Part shown: piece by piece, positions 12,150 through 26,800 of the stretch | Position numbering within the stretch: the first letter of the stretch is position 1 | Layout of the letters: each line of letters begins with the position of its first letter | Origin: Podarcis bocagei | Lineage: Eukaryota | Assembly: GCA_964188305.1 (NCBI GenBank) | Contig: OZ076888.1 | Length of the DNA stretch: 64,000 nt | Direction: 5' to 3' (one strand) | Notes under the pieces: model-generated | What the model was told of the DNA's origin: nothing | Databases searched by the model: none | The model's input: the letters and a program-made list of their open reading frames with translations, nothing else | Program-made: the position numbers and the translations under genes

Positions 12150-13190
12150 AACATGCTAATTCAGATCACAGGGGCCATCAGAAAATTTCCCAAAGCAAAT
12201 TGGAAATTTACCTGTTGGCAGTGAATGAGGATGACTCCTCTTGCTGTACTTGGCAGGAAGAGCCCAGAAATCTTTTTGCCTCCTTCCTAGTCTGAACATG
12301 CCTGCGGTCAAAGACAGTTAGGGTCCTCTTGGGTACTCAGCTGCCCCATGTATTACCATCACTTTTACTCTCCTTTCATGAGCTTCTATGTGCTGTTTCT
12401 CATCTTTGTTGGCTATGGTGTTAGGGAGTGTGTGAGAGAGTCTGACTATTGTTCATTCCCTTCTGTTTATGGATGGGGTGGGGGCTCACATCAGCCGTCA
12501 AGTGGTTCAGGAAATGTGGAAAAGTCCCAGCTGAATATCAGTGTCTTGGAACTTGGTGAACTTTGTGCAGTTCAGCTCAGTCTAAGTCTCTTGATGTTGG
12601 AGACCAGGGGCATGCACTTGCTGGTTCACACAGACAAAACATTGGCAAAAGCATATGTAAATGAACTGGTGGGACTTGGTCACTGAGGCCAACAGCCTTT
12701 TCAAGTGTGCTGAATACAACCTGCTCTCCTTGAAAGCTGAACAGTTAGCAGGCCTGAAGTACACCATGGTAGATTGGTTAAGTTGCAGAATCATAAATGA
12801 AGCATAGTGGGAGCAGAATCTGAGGGCGTTTTAGATGCTGCTGGATAGTTTGGGGCATACAGTCAGTGGTGGTTCTCTTTGCCACACCTGAAAATACTCA
12901 GCTGCAGGTCTGTCTCATGTGTCTTAAAATCCATTTCACCAGCTAGCCTACTATATGCCTCCCAGCCATTTTGCGAGTTCCAACAAATAGTGAAGAAGGA
13001 TCAGAGACTCACAATTGATCTGATTCTGGTGGCCCCCATTGGCCATGGAGTCCATTATTTCTGGACCTGGTGACTATGACTGTGCCTGGCCAGTGGCCAT
13101 TGCCACTGTGTTAAGACCTGCTAGTCCAGGGGCCAGTATTTCCCCCCTGGCTAGAGCTCTTCCCAGCTGACAGCCTGGAGGCTTAACCCA
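12150..13190 (+). mobile_element. DIRS-type retrotransposon remnant (RNase H and downstream domain)
   Basis: decayed translation GWG..., LNISVLEL..LCAV, LLVHTDKTLAKAYVN, AEQLAG...VDWLS, LFATPEN, LLYA, LILVAP matches DIRS pol motif order; boundaries approximate. Confidence 0.7.
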
Positions 13191-13431
13191 ATACAAGGTT
13201 GTCGTAGAATGGTTGAGTTTTTATAAATATCACCTGTTACAATTTTTGGACCAACTACATACAAGTTCTACCTGTAAACAGCTTTATGCTGATTCTAATA
13301 ATCGTTATGAACTTTCAGATATAATTGTATTTTAGATTGACAGTATCCCTTTAACCATCTGCTGTTTCATTGCAGGATCCATCCATGTCATTTTGACAGC
13401 GGCTGGCTAGTGATTCTGCTATAATTTCTAA

Positions 13432-13608
<177 letters not shown>

Positions 13609-15710
13609 TAATCCCCATGATTTCCCCCCTCAAAATAGTTTGGAGCCTTCCTTCAAATAAAGTTCCCTATCTTGTTTATTTTTTGAGATAAATTGCTTAA
13701 GATCTATGAAGTAGAATTGGAACTTCACTCCAATTAAAAGTGCTTGTCATCCACAGACCCCTCTGTCATGACAGGCAGTCTTTTCTAACTTTTTCTTTTA
13801 GCCTATCAGAACATTTTACTACTGACAGGCATTCTCTGGGGTGAATAGTGCTCCACTCAGCAATCTTAACAATTTCTTCCAAACTTCTATACTATAGGCT
13901 AGAGACAAACAAGAGTGTTGTTGCACTGTTACCTCTGGTGAAACAAATTCTGCCCTTATTTGAAACAATTCCAAAGTCTCATTACTAGAGGCAAAAGTGG
14001 AGTGAGTGTAAACACCCCAACAACAATCTCTCTTTTAAGCAACCTTCAGTTATTTGGGGGAAGAAGAATCTATCTGCAGCATAGGAAGGAGAGCAATTCA
14101 GAAACACAAATAGAGAGAATCAATAACAACATTGGAAAAATACAGCACCAAAATTGGGCAATTGCCCAATATATAGTTCCTATCACACTTCAAGTAAATG
14201 AAGGAAAGTGCCTGTAAAAATAATACAGAATTACACACTATAAAAAGAAAAAACTCAGTGCTTAAAAATTGTATTTAAACAAATAGTACAGCATTTAACT
14301 GTAATATACACAAAGCCAATGTATCCAGTGTAAACCCTCAAATTGGGGTGGACACATTAATGGATATCTGATCTGTGTCAATTTTGCATATGTTTTTTCA
14401 TAAGTCTATTCCAGCCCATTTCTACATGAATCTGCATAATTTTTTTTATTTAAATGTGAACCTACATTTCTAAATGTATTTTATCCTAAAATACACCGTT
14501 TTTTGTTTCTAATGCATTTTGATGTGTTTCTTGAGCCAAAAACCGCTTTGCCAAAATCAGAGACATACAAAATCTAAATAATAATTATGCTGCAATCTGT
14601 ATATTACTCTTGGAGAAGTAAATTGTGTCACTTTGCTGAAAATGCTGACTAGTTGAACTTATCCTCCATCCTTATACTCTAGGCAGCATTAAAACTCACT
14701 ATAAGAAACTATGTACATGATTATAAATAATAAAAACTGTTGGTACTCAAAACATCATTATTACATGAAAACCATTACTTGGGAAAAGCACAGAATATCT
14801 CCCCTTTTGCTTTATCACTTTTTAAGCATATATACATCTGTTTGTAATAAAACCTAAAACTTGCTTTAAATCGGTGGAATTGTAATTTGGTCTCTTAAAA
14901 TTTAATTTAGTTAGAGACAGCTGGTTTAGGGGATAACCAGATATATACCCTGTTGGGTAGATTACTTTTTAATCTGTTTAGGTAAGCAGTGGTAGAAAAG
15001 TACCAAACAGCATTTAGTAAGTTTTCCTATGGTTGTGATATTTTTATGTTTTCCCCCTTATATTTTTGTGTGTATTTTATTGTACTGGATGTTAAGTATT
15101 GTTTAAAGTGACTGTTTTAATTTGCATGCACTGTGTGTATACTGTGGCTAAATATTGTAGTGTTTTTAAATATAATCACATTGGGTGTTATCTTTTTAGC
15201 ATATATAATTTTGTGTTATTTTTACAGACATTTCCCTTAATAAAGAATGTTGAAATAAGACAAGAGATCCATCATTCCTCTTCCATCTTTTGCCCGTTCC
15301 CCTTGGAAGAAAAGGGGATGGGTGGGAAGAAGGTTCATTCTTATTGGCATGATCTCTTGTCCCTCACCTCACTGTAACTTTAAAAAGGAAGGGAAAAGTG
15401 AGGGTATAAGGAGATGAATTGTTCATTTGCTGTATCTGAGTTCCAGTCATTCAGTGGAACTCTTTACAGGGGAAGTGGAAAAAGCATAAATGGAACTTCA
15501 TTATCTGTATGATACATAATTCCTGTGTGTGTAGGATGCAGAAAATGATGGAAGCCCTTCTGTGAATTATCATGGGTTTCCACTTGAAAATACGTTAGGT
15601 TTGATTTTACCATAAAGAGAAAGCAATGATTCTGTAAATATTTCGATTTTTAAACATTTGCCCGTTACAACTTTCTTCATTTCCTGTTTGGTTCATTCTT
15701 CATTTCCTAT

Positions 15711-16427
15711 GGGGTGTTAGGGGAGAGGTAGTGCCTCTGGTGGGGGACATGCCATGCTCCTTCTGGGGTAGTTTGTCCATCTTTGGTCCTTATCCTGCAC
15801 TCAGCTGTCACCTGTGGCTCCTAAAAGCTGTCAGCATGTGACAGCAGCACTATGAAAAGGCTTCGACTTGTGGCTAAACCAGGTGAGGGTGACAAATGGG
15901 TCTCAAACCCTCAATAGGTTAAGGACATCCCTGCATATGAAGACAGGCTCTGGTGGATTGAGGGGACAAGACCAATAGTAGGTCCAATGGTCAAGAATGC
16001 ATTTTCTGCACATGCTGTAGAGGAAAGTGAGGGGCAGATGGGGCTCACCAACCTGGGAAGGTAGCCCATCTAGGAGAAGGAAAACTCTGATCCTAAACCT
16101 CCACTGCTTTGCAGGATATCTTTGAGAGAAGAAATGCTAAGGAGTGAACCCTACACAAATCCGGAGAGGAGTCCCTAAGATGGTTGGATGGCGGCTTGTA
16201 TGCCTCCTCCTGGCAAATCCTGTTGCCAAGCACATTGCTTTTCTTTCCTTTGTATTACATCAGTGAGGCCGAAAGGGGAGGAGGTTTTGTTGTATGGGCA
16301 GCCCAGGACCTCCATACACACTGTCTAAGCTTGCGCCCCAGAGAGGTTACTTCGGTGCTGCTAATGCAGCAGTTTGGCTTCACCTCCCCAAGGTGCGCCC
16401 CACTGTCTATCAATGGGTGCCAACAAC
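15711..16427 (+). mobile_element. Non-autonomous RTE-derived bipartite retroelement
   Basis: RTE 5'UTR-like CCCATCTAGGAGAAGGAAAACTCTGA motif; 3' end GGTGCTGCTAATGCAGCAG...TGCCAACAAC shared with copies at 17819 and 37523. Confidence 0.65.
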
Positions 16428-17143
16428 ATTTTTAAAAAATAAAATCATAGGACTTTTACAGTACTTGGCTACTAAGCATTCCTATATTGCTGTAAATATC
16501 TCAGTTCCGGCTAGGCATTTCACTGCTGTTGTAGACACTTCTACTAGTTCCACAGCTAATCTAATAGGCAGCAGGGCCAACTTTCCTCCACTTGGTTCAT
16601 AAAATCTATTAAATTCACCTAACCTGATACAGTTTTCTTGTTCACACTAAATATTTATGAGAGCAATAAATCCACTCCTGATGATCTTCAGGATCTGTGA
16701 GTTGTTTCTTTCACAACAACTCTTTCCCAAAATACTTCCATTGTAGAGTTATTGTATAATGTATAAAGACATTACAGTGCTGCTTATAGAGCAGCACTGA
16801 TGACTTCTGGCACAGGGTGTCCCTTTGTGCTGATACAGTATTTTGGCTGATTTTTCTGTTCTGAGCACAGCATGAAAACAGAGTCATAAGTTTGTTCACT
16901 CTATAACTTGAACTTAAATGCTTGCAATTATTCAGGTGTTAGGAGCGAAATAACCCCAAAATCTTGTAGGTAGATGAATAGATCTTCACATAGGTGCATG
17001 AGATTCTTCCTGTGCTGTTGATTTCAGTTTGCAGTGATTGTGCTCATAACTTCAAGAGTTTTTATTTTATGAGAATGGCATGATGTATGTGTGCTTATTC
17101 CTGTTTCTAAACAGTGTCACCCAGTGTTCATGTTGGACCCTGA

Positions 17144-17365
<222 letters not shown>

Positions 17366-17642
17366 TAGTAGAGTGTGCTGATACGGTGGGTGGGACAGTG
17401 CAAGCTGACACAAAGGTTGGGTCCTAGAGAGTGATAAACCATGCCATTGTTGTGTCTCTCTCTCCCCCCCCCCCCCCGTTTTAATTCCCTTCATTATTCG
17501 GTTTTGACACTTGCTCTCCAGGACACTAATGAGAAGGAGGGTCAGTAATTTAAATTAAAAATGGATCTGGGATATGTAGAAGTGCCACATTGTACATGTT
17601 TTGACTCCAACAGACTGAAGGCCAAGTTTCATGTTACATAGA

Positions 17643-17740
17643 ACCATCTGTCAGGGATTCTTTAGCCGTGATTCCTGCAATGCAGGGCATTGGACTAGAT
17701 GACCCTTGGGGTCCCTTCCAACCCTGCAATTTTATAAATC
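17643..17740 (+). mobile_element. CR1 extreme 3' end fragment
   Basis: GATTCCTGCAATGCAGGGCATTGGACTAGATGACCCTTGGGGTCCCTTCCAAC. Confidence 0.7.
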
Positions 17741-17818
17741 TGTGGAAGTTTTCTGTGACTTTTATTTATTTACTGTGTGATTTGCAGTCCCCCCCCCTTT
17801 AGTCAGTTGGGTATGTAT

Positions 17819-17934
17819 GGAGTGTTAGGGGAGGGGTAGTACCTCTGGTGGGAGTCATTTTAGTGCTGCTAGTGCAGCAGTTTGACTTCACCCCCACACT
17901 CCATTGTCTCTCGAGACAGACAGATGCCAACAAC
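17819..17934 (+). mobile_element. Internally deleted mini-copy of the RTE-derived element at 15711
   Basis: 5' about 32 nt and 3' about 85 nt of the long copy joined directly. Confidence 0.65.
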
Positions 17935-19791
17935 CCTACAGCCAAGAATACCGGAGCAGCAAACAATAACATTAAAATCACTATTAACAATAAAAAATTG
18001 AAACAAAATAAACCAATCGGCATCATAAAATTAAAAGCAATCACAAGTAAAACTGGCAACAGAAACAATTTAATGAGAAGCAGTTACTGGGTATTGTAAA
18101 CAGAAGCGGAGGGTGGTTAGGAAAGGGGTACTTAACCCCTTCCCTACTGGCTGTTTTTCCTTTCAAAATCTCTGTTTCTGCGTCTCTCTCTTATCCTGCA
18201 GGACAAAAGGAGTTTGTTGAGGAATTTTGAGAAATAAAATGCCCAATGGGAAGGGAATTAAGCATCCTTTCCTGTCCTTCCTCTTCTTTTGTTCATTAAA
18301 TAAAAAAGTTGGCCATGAGTTACCCAGAACTACAAGTAACACACACACACACACAGGCCCTAACTTCTAGCAAATAGATTCTCAGAAGAAATGATATAAT
18401 CGTGGACCCTTCATTAAATAGTTTGTGATGCTAAGTGTCTTTTATTGGAAGAGCATCTGGAATCAAGAGTGAGAATGCAACCTTCTATCTACAAGCTGTT
18501 CCTGGATTTATAGGTGTTTTTAAATGCCTACTGTTCAGGAGATTTGTAATATTAGTTTGTAATTCCTATCAGTGGGTATGATAGTAGCCTATTAGACTAA
18601 AAAAGGAATCCTGACCCTCTTTTGAATGGGCACATGTCTGCAGTCTAACATTGTCCAGAAGTTTGGCTGATTCTTGGGCAGCCTTAGCAGTGAGTCTAGG
18701 GATTAGAAGAGCTTTTGTCTCTGAATATCACTTTCATTCTAGAAAATTGTGCTCTAGAGAGCAATTCACATGAGAGTATGTTGGCTGAAGTTATATATCA
18801 GTTATGTTCTAGGAATCTTGTAGTTGGGACCATTTGCTAATGCAACTTCAAGAGGAAGACTCCTCAGAGAGGGAGTGTTGGATTTACAGAGAATAAATGT
18901 ACAATATCTTTCTTAAACTAATTTGCACAGAATGGTCCATGCCATACACACGGACTCCAAAAGCAGTCTTTATGATTCTAGTGCTTGTGTGCTTTTGTAA
19001 GAAGATATGATGTATTAGACTTGAAATATTAATTCTGCTCAGAGCCATTAAGATAGTATATTTAGACTGTTTGAGCAATATGAATAAATATATAGCAGAA
19101 ATGTTGAGATTGGTGCTTTGCATTTCAATATATTAACTATTAACTGTGCCCCATGTTGAAAATATTTTAGTTTTATCCTTGTGGAAGTGTCAAATAGTAA
19201 GATTTAAAAACTGGAGAAAGCATTGTGTGACAGCCACTGTAATCCTAGTTATTTGAAAATGGTCTCACTTTTGCCATTCTGTTTGGATCACAGACCTATT
19301 TGGATCAGGCTCACTGGCCCCTTTTTCTATTTTGTGTGGTGACTGAGCTGAAGTAAACACATATAGGACTTCTAGGCCTATAAAAAGCAAATATTAAAAG
19401 CCTCCAGTCACTGCAGAAAATACTTTCATTCACAATTCAAGAAGCAGCTTTAGTGATGCCAGCTTTCTAAATAGCCTTAATACCATTTTCATATTGTTGC
19501 ATCTCTCTAAATTGAAACTGCTGTTACCACAATCTGGAAACTAACTTAATTGAAAGAGAAAGTCTGCATTTCTGGGGCTAAAATTAACTATGTGTTTCTT
19601 TGAACTGGATGTGCATCACAAAATTGGTCTCTGGGCTGATTTTGTGATTATTTGCTTCATGATAAAAATAATATTAGGATATGTTCTGAGGTGGTCACTA
19701 GACTAACTGTGGGATTACTGAGCAGTTTAATAAGGGGATCACTTTTGCCTTCAAAACCCGAATATTAGGTCTGCAAATGTATTTTGTGTAA

Positions 19792-20055
<264 letters not shown>

Positions 20056-20130
20056 TAAGCATCTTTCTCTCCTGCAGCAAAATTGAGCATCATCTCAGCA
20101 ACAGTGACTATATTCTATATACTACCTAGA

Positions 20131-20260
20131 GTAGCCTTTTTCAACTCTCTGGATGTTGTTGGACTACAGTTCCTGTCAGCTCCAACCACCTGGGCCAATA
20201 GTTGGGGATAATGGGAGTTGTAGTTCACCATCTAAAGAACCATGGGTTGGTAAAGGCTGG
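20131..20260. mobile_element. Palindromic hAT-like MITE (GGACTACAACTCCC family), degenerate
   Basis: GATGTTGTTGGACTACAGTTCC ... GGGAGTTGTAGTTC internal inverted repeat; relatives at 43593, 57975, 62637, 63382. Confidence 0.65.
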
Positions 20261-21563
20261 CTTAGAGCTTGTAATGGGAAGGGAGCCAGGGTTCCTAGCT
20301 TGGCTTGCTTTTTTTCTGCCTGACTGCGATATGCATGTCAGGACAAAACTAGATGAAGTACACTAGGGTAAAATTAGAAACGCGAATGGCTTAAAAAAAC
20401 CAAAAACAAGTAGCCAGTGCGGAACCTCTGACTTGGATTGGGACTCTTGTAGCATTTTTTTTGCTATTTGCGTGAATCAGAGTTTACACAACAGCCTGTG
20501 TCTACTATTTACATTTTAAAAGCCATTCAAACAACTGGTGATTATATTATTAGTGTGATTTCTAGCTTTCCACTTAGCCATCAAGTGAAGCACTTCAACT
20601 TTTCTTTAGTACAGTAGTGTTTATGTTCAAATTCTTTTGCTTGGAGTTTCTGATGAAAAGTAGTGAAGGCATGTATTAAATATTAGTAAGTTCTGAAGTG
20701 AAAAAGGATATATGTGTAATTAAAATTTCTAAGGAAATAATGGAAAGCAAACAAATAGTATTTACTAGGGACAAGGTAGATACAGGGTGCTTTTGTGAAT
20801 TGTTCCAGCAGTGGCAAAAATTAGCTCCCTCTTTTGGCAATTTTGGGGAGTGCACTGGAAAAGGGTTGTTGGTCCAAATGAAGTAAAGGCTAATAGTTAT
20901 CGAGTTGGTTGATCGTGAGGATGTACAAACTGTACTTTTAATTGTCTTTGGTTACTGTTAATGACATCATCGTGTAACCAAATCTGATTGGCTTGTAATT
21001 ACATTCATTGCATGATCCTTGATTTTCCTTGCATGATCCCAGCCAGAGAGTGAAGTCCTACTAGACAATGAAAATGGCACCAAAGCAGGGAAGAGATTGG
21101 AAATAAGCAAGAAGCAAACAAGCTCAAAGGGAGGTTTTGCAAAATATGCTCCCTACCCAAAAGGTATATTACCATTTAGGCTGGGCAAAAGGTTTTTTGG
21201 GTGGTTTGCTACGTGTGGTCAGCGCTGAAGCCCAGCATTGCCTTTTACCATCATTTCTGGACGATTATATTTACTAAGAGAACAGCACCACCTACTGACT
21301 TGCTAATGTCTTGTTCTGCTTTGCCCTTGGAGTATAAGTCACCCTTAAATGTATTCACATCTGAAGCAAAGGTCACTTTGCTTTACATGTGAATGATTAC
21401 TATAGAAGACTGATCATCTCACCCTGCCCCTCACAGCTGTAGGAAGGAATGGGAAGCTGGTGCCCTGCTTGACGCAGCAGCAGGTAGCTTTGATGGCTCT
21501 TCAGTCCTCTTGTCCTGGGCTTTCTTCTTCCACTCCCACAAGAGTTGCAGCTCTTAGCCTATT

Positions 21564-21596
21564 CCTCCTCCTCCTCCTCCTCCTCCTCCTCCTCCA
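21564..21596. repeat. (CCT)n microsatellite
   Basis: about 10 units. Confidence 0.9.
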
Positions 21597-24500
21597 CATC
21601 TGCTCTTTCTTTGTTTGGCTTCCTGTATTGGTGGGCCAGGTCTGATCTATAGCCACCCTCCTCCTCCAGGCTCCATGTGTGGTGGTTCTTTCACGTAATG
21701 TTGGCATTTTCCCTGAGCCACTGCTTTGCTCACCATTTCAGTGGTGAAGAATCCATGGAAGTTCTCAGGCTGGATAAAATTAAGTAGGGTTAAGTTTTAT
21801 TGTTTATTAACTGCAGTACAGTAATCTGCCTTCTGTCTCAGTTGGAGCAGCTACTATTCAGAAATTATCTTAACATCGTGAATGTGAGCTGAATTTGTAA
21901 TGTAAAATGGTTTTCCAAGTTTGTTTTGATGCCATGTGGATGGCTGGATAAAAGTCTTAACATCTGTACATATATTTCTCTTGGAAAACGTTTTGTGTTT
22001 GGTACATGTTTTTAAAATTTCCAATAACGTTTATAAAGCAAAAAAGCAGGGTTAAGCAGGGAATTTGCATCCAGCTCTTGGACTGGAGGGTCCACGCTCT
22101 TCAGGGTTGCAGTGCAGAATACATGTGTGGTTGTGGCATGTGGTCCCCTCTAGTAGCTGGCATGTGTGTTGCATTGATGCAATCACTATTTTTGCACATG
22201 GTCGACCTCACACGGTTGTTGTGAGATTCAATATTGGGGGTGGGTCACTGTCCTGGCAAACCTCCTGTGGGAATGGGGGTTCAGTGTGTTTTGGAGGATA
22301 TTTGTGAGGGGAAATTCAGTGTGTGGCGTTCACTGTGGGCTCAAGTATATATAGAGTTGCAGTGTGATTGGATTACAGTGAAGTGTGAGCATTTGTGGGG
22401 TTTCTAAATATGTCTGTGGACCCCCAAAGGTTGATAATTCCTGACCACTGCACCACACTGTCATATAGGAAGGGGGAGCTGTGGGGGCTGTCTGCATGAT
22501 TGTGGTATGTAGTCACCCATGCTTTCAAATGCACCCAGAGATCCAACATGAATTGACAAGCCCTCATCTATCATCTGTACTCCGATGTTATATTTTATAA
22601 TTATATGAATAGGCATTGCAGATGGTGGCAAAGTAGGTGCTATGCCTATTAAAATTAGGTGGCTCCCTCTGCAGACACTGCACTTCTGGCGAAATCTTAG
22701 TTTCACTTTTGCTTTGTCGTGCAGGGTAATAGTTTGCCAGTATTTGTTTTCCATAGATTTCAGTGGGTCAGGAAAACTGTAATAACATTTGCACTGATTA
22801 GAACTTTGCCAAACCAACAAAAGTGTGGGATGTTGAACAAGCCTGACTAAATCAGTCACGGCTTTCAGCAAAATTGGGGGGTGGGGTGGTGATTTATTGT
22901 TAACTGGTAATAATGGTCAAAGTTCAGTTTTCAGCACTTTTAAAACTTGCTATGTCTGTGGCAATTTGAATCTTATCGGTTTGAAATTTGGCACTTTCAT
23001 AGCTATATCATGTATGGCAAGTTTGAAGTTATCAGCCAGACATACCCCATTTTATAAGCTAAAGAATATTGAGGCTTATAATGACAGACTCACCTTAACT
23101 ATAGGAGTCATCCTGTGCACTTATAACTATATGGATAGTTACTTTTTGTAGCTTTGCTTCATGGAAGGAGGTGATTTGTGTAGCATCTTATGTGAATCTT
23201 GTGGAATGTGGCGTATGTCTAGCCTACTTTTCCTCAAGCTTCTTGGGGGCAAGGTCACAAAAGTTAAAATGAGGAATGCATCCTTTGTTCCTTTCGGATA
23301 CTTTGTTTAGTCAGTTAGTATATTAGTTTTTTCCTCATGTGAAAAACACTTCTTCCACTTTTCTTTACATCAGCTAATAGGTGGGCATTCTCCAACAATA
23401 GCAACTTTCTCTTGGAATGTGATGCGTAACATAAAAAGAATTTGTCAGGATAGCAATAGTTCAAACCCGCCCCAATGGTGAATTATGTGTTGCTGTTCAG
23501 TCATACAATCCATCTCACTTTCCTGCTTTCTGTGTCAGTCTCCCCTTCCTACTGATCTCTTTGGTACTTAGTGGGGAGGTGGAGATGGACACACACACGC
23601 TCAAAATATTATATTAGGGGAGAGGGGAACAAGTATCTGCTTCTTGACTAGAGCATTAAAACATTCATCGAGCTGGGTTGTTGCAGAACTTGTATGTGAG
23701 ATAGCACAGATGGCCTTGATTTTCTTTTCTACTAGTCAGTTAAGAACTGTTAAGGCCCTAAATGTTCTTGGAGACAAATTAGAAATGATTATTGAAAGGG
23801 AGCATATGTCCAAAAGGGCAGCTTTTTGCCAGACTTATCACTGTTGCTCCCACCAGCAACAGCCAGTGATGTAGGACTGGGAACACGCAACAAGATGACG
23901 TCATGGCAAAAGTGAGACTGCCAAAGCATTAGAGAGAATTGTCGGGTGGGAGAGAGAGAATTGTACCCATTTTGAGTAGCCACACCTGGTGTAGCATTGT
24001 CTGTTTTTGCTTTGAATAATTTCCTGATTAACACTACAAATGTTGTTATAGCATTACTGTGAGTATAATGAGTAGCAATTACTGAAACAAATAAGGTAAA
24101 CTGGTTAGTTAATAGCATTTTTCTTCTGGATCCCTATATGTAGGGCAATATAGAAATGGCTGTCTGCATGATGCAGGTTGCTTTTACTTGGAGAATAATG
24201 TTAGAACCCAGATTAGCTGATTTTCTACAAGGCCAATAGTATCTGTCCTCATTCACACTGAAATCAACCATTCCCTAAATGGTGTGCTGTGGGGATAAGT
24301 AGCAAAGCCTATAATGTTTGCAGAATTGTGCATGTTTTGCTGCCTCTTTTGGGTACTCCTTCTCACACCATGGGCTTTACAATATGTTGAACCAGTAGCA
24401 TGGGATGTACCTGTGTAGACCTGTCCTTACTGTTGGCATAGGATGCAATGCATATTTCTGAAAATAAATTGGGCAAGTTTAATTCATTAGAATTGTGCTT

Positions 24501-25027
24501 TTTGTCAGCTGTTGAATAGCATGCCCCTTTATCTAATATTTACCCTTCTCATTTGGGTTAGGTAACTGGACTTGGCATGCATGAGTGGTACTTGCTTGTT
24601 TCACTCACCCCTCTAGTCTTTCTTAGAAATAATATATCTGGCAAGAGTTGCATTGCTACAGCTTTCAGGAAGTTGCATTGTTATCTGAGTATGAAAATAT
24701 TATGATGCTGCATGAGAAAAAATGCAAATCAATGCATAGTTATATGCAGTACAGTTTTAATTTGGAGATAATATAAGAAAAATACACAGCTGGATGACAG
24801 TAGGATCTGTTCTGTCCACCTACAATGGCTCCTACAGTAGCAGAATGTTGGTATTAGTTCAAGATTCCTGTTCACCTGTTGTTATGTTACAGGATATTTA
24901 TAGGATAGCAATTCCAACCACACCAGTGCCGCAAGTGTACATTCTTTCTAGTCATTCATATAAAATGGGGTGATAAGGCAGCAGAACAGGGAACCATCTA
25001 GTACTAAGTTGAGATGATGGATCTGCA

Positions 25028-25028
<1 letters not shown>

Positions 25029-25067
<39 letters not shown>
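25029..25067. repeat. (TG)n microsatellite
   Basis: about 19 perfect units. Confidence 0.95.
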
Positions 25068-25068
<1 letters not shown>

Positions 25069-25356
25069 GGGGCTCTTCCATGAAATGCTACCTGAAACAT
25101 TCTATGACAATATGTTGCGCAATGAAACTATACAGAGGCCCTGAAAAGATTATATTATACATGTAGTGTAGCCTTCTTCAAGTATTCAGAATCTTGAAGA
25201 ATTATTTTTACCCATATATTTGTGATTTATTTGTGCATGATTGAGAAACTGCAGTATCTAGAACGCTGAATATGAATGGAAAAAGAAATTGTGGTGTTTT
25301 TTTTAAGCTTTATCTGCCTCACATGTTGATCTTATTGAACTTCAGATGAGGGATGA

Positions 25357-25584
<228 letters not shown>

Positions 25585-25893
25585 TAGAGGAACAAATTTA
25601 GTTTTTGATTAAATCTGATGAAGCAGTTCATAACAGTGCCCTGTCAACATAAACAGCTTGACATGGAGGAAACCTTAAGCCATCAGAAGTGTTTAATTAG
25701 AATGCCGCAGAATGTTTATTGGCACGAATCTAGCACAGTCTTTAGATTTGGTAGCTTAACATTTCTTGTTAATTTTTGTACTGAAAAATTGTCGGGACAA
25801 AAGAAGAAAATAAGCTGCTTGGAGATCAGGTCTGCCTACCATTGCAAATCTTTTTTTCAAATCAATAAATTAATCTTTTAAAAATTCAGAAAT

Positions 25894-25990
25894 CCATATT
25901 AGAGCAATACCTTTTATTAGGCCAACCAAAACATCAGAAAATAGTGTGCAAGCCTTCAAGTTCTCAATAACTCCTCTTCAGTTAGATGGC
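25894..25990 (-). mobile_element. Old Penelope-like terminal remnant
   Basis: AATACCTTTTATTAGGCCAACC...GCAAGCCTTCAAG...CTCTTCAG; minus strand shows a degenerate CUGAAGA...GAAG-GCUU hammerhead-like box. Confidence 0.45.
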
Positions 25991-26800
25991 AAAGCAGTGT
26001 GGGGAGAGAAAAAAAACTTGGCTGACAGGAGTACCATGAATCTTATTTAGTAAGAGTGTTAAGGAAGAATGTGGGAGGATGTAGCAGACATTCAAATAAG
26101 TCTCTTTCAGGTTCTATGCCAGTATCAGATTGCTTCAAGGTTAAGGGGTAAAAGAAACAGCAATGATGTCTTGTTAAGGTGTCAGAACAATTGTAGTCAA
26201 GTGGTTGACACTTCAACATATAAATAAGAGGTTTGCATTATGTGAGGGGTACAACTCTTCAATAATGATGTAGGCTAGCATAAGTTTGATCTCGCTCCTA
26301 TCAGGTGGTATTGACAGTTGGTTTTTATTTTATTTTGTTGTTTAAAGCATTTTTAATCTGTTTTTTTTTCACCAGAAAGGCTCCCAACTCATTTTCAAAA
26401 TCAGAAAGACCGTCCCCGCCCTCAGACTTACAATCTGAAAGACATGACAGACAAGGGGGAAAGGAACAAGGATAAAAACACTTGGGCACTGTTACAGTTC
26501 ATATAACAGCTGGGATGAGAACAGTTCAGGTAGCCTGATGGAATGACTACCACTTGATGACAGCCGGGGAGAGCCACAGGCAGCTGGTCTCTCAACCAGA
26601 GTGCAACAGCACTTCTTTACTTCTCTCCCTTTGTTATGCAGCCTAGTGGAATGACTGTCACATTGGTTAATGAAAACTTCCTGGGTAACAAAACTTCAGA
26701 TTTTCTGAAGTTCAGATTGTTAGAAGGCCTTTGCCAGAGTTTGATTAGTTCATATTTGTCTTTATAATAAAGCTTTTCTCCATCATGCTGTGGAATTATG

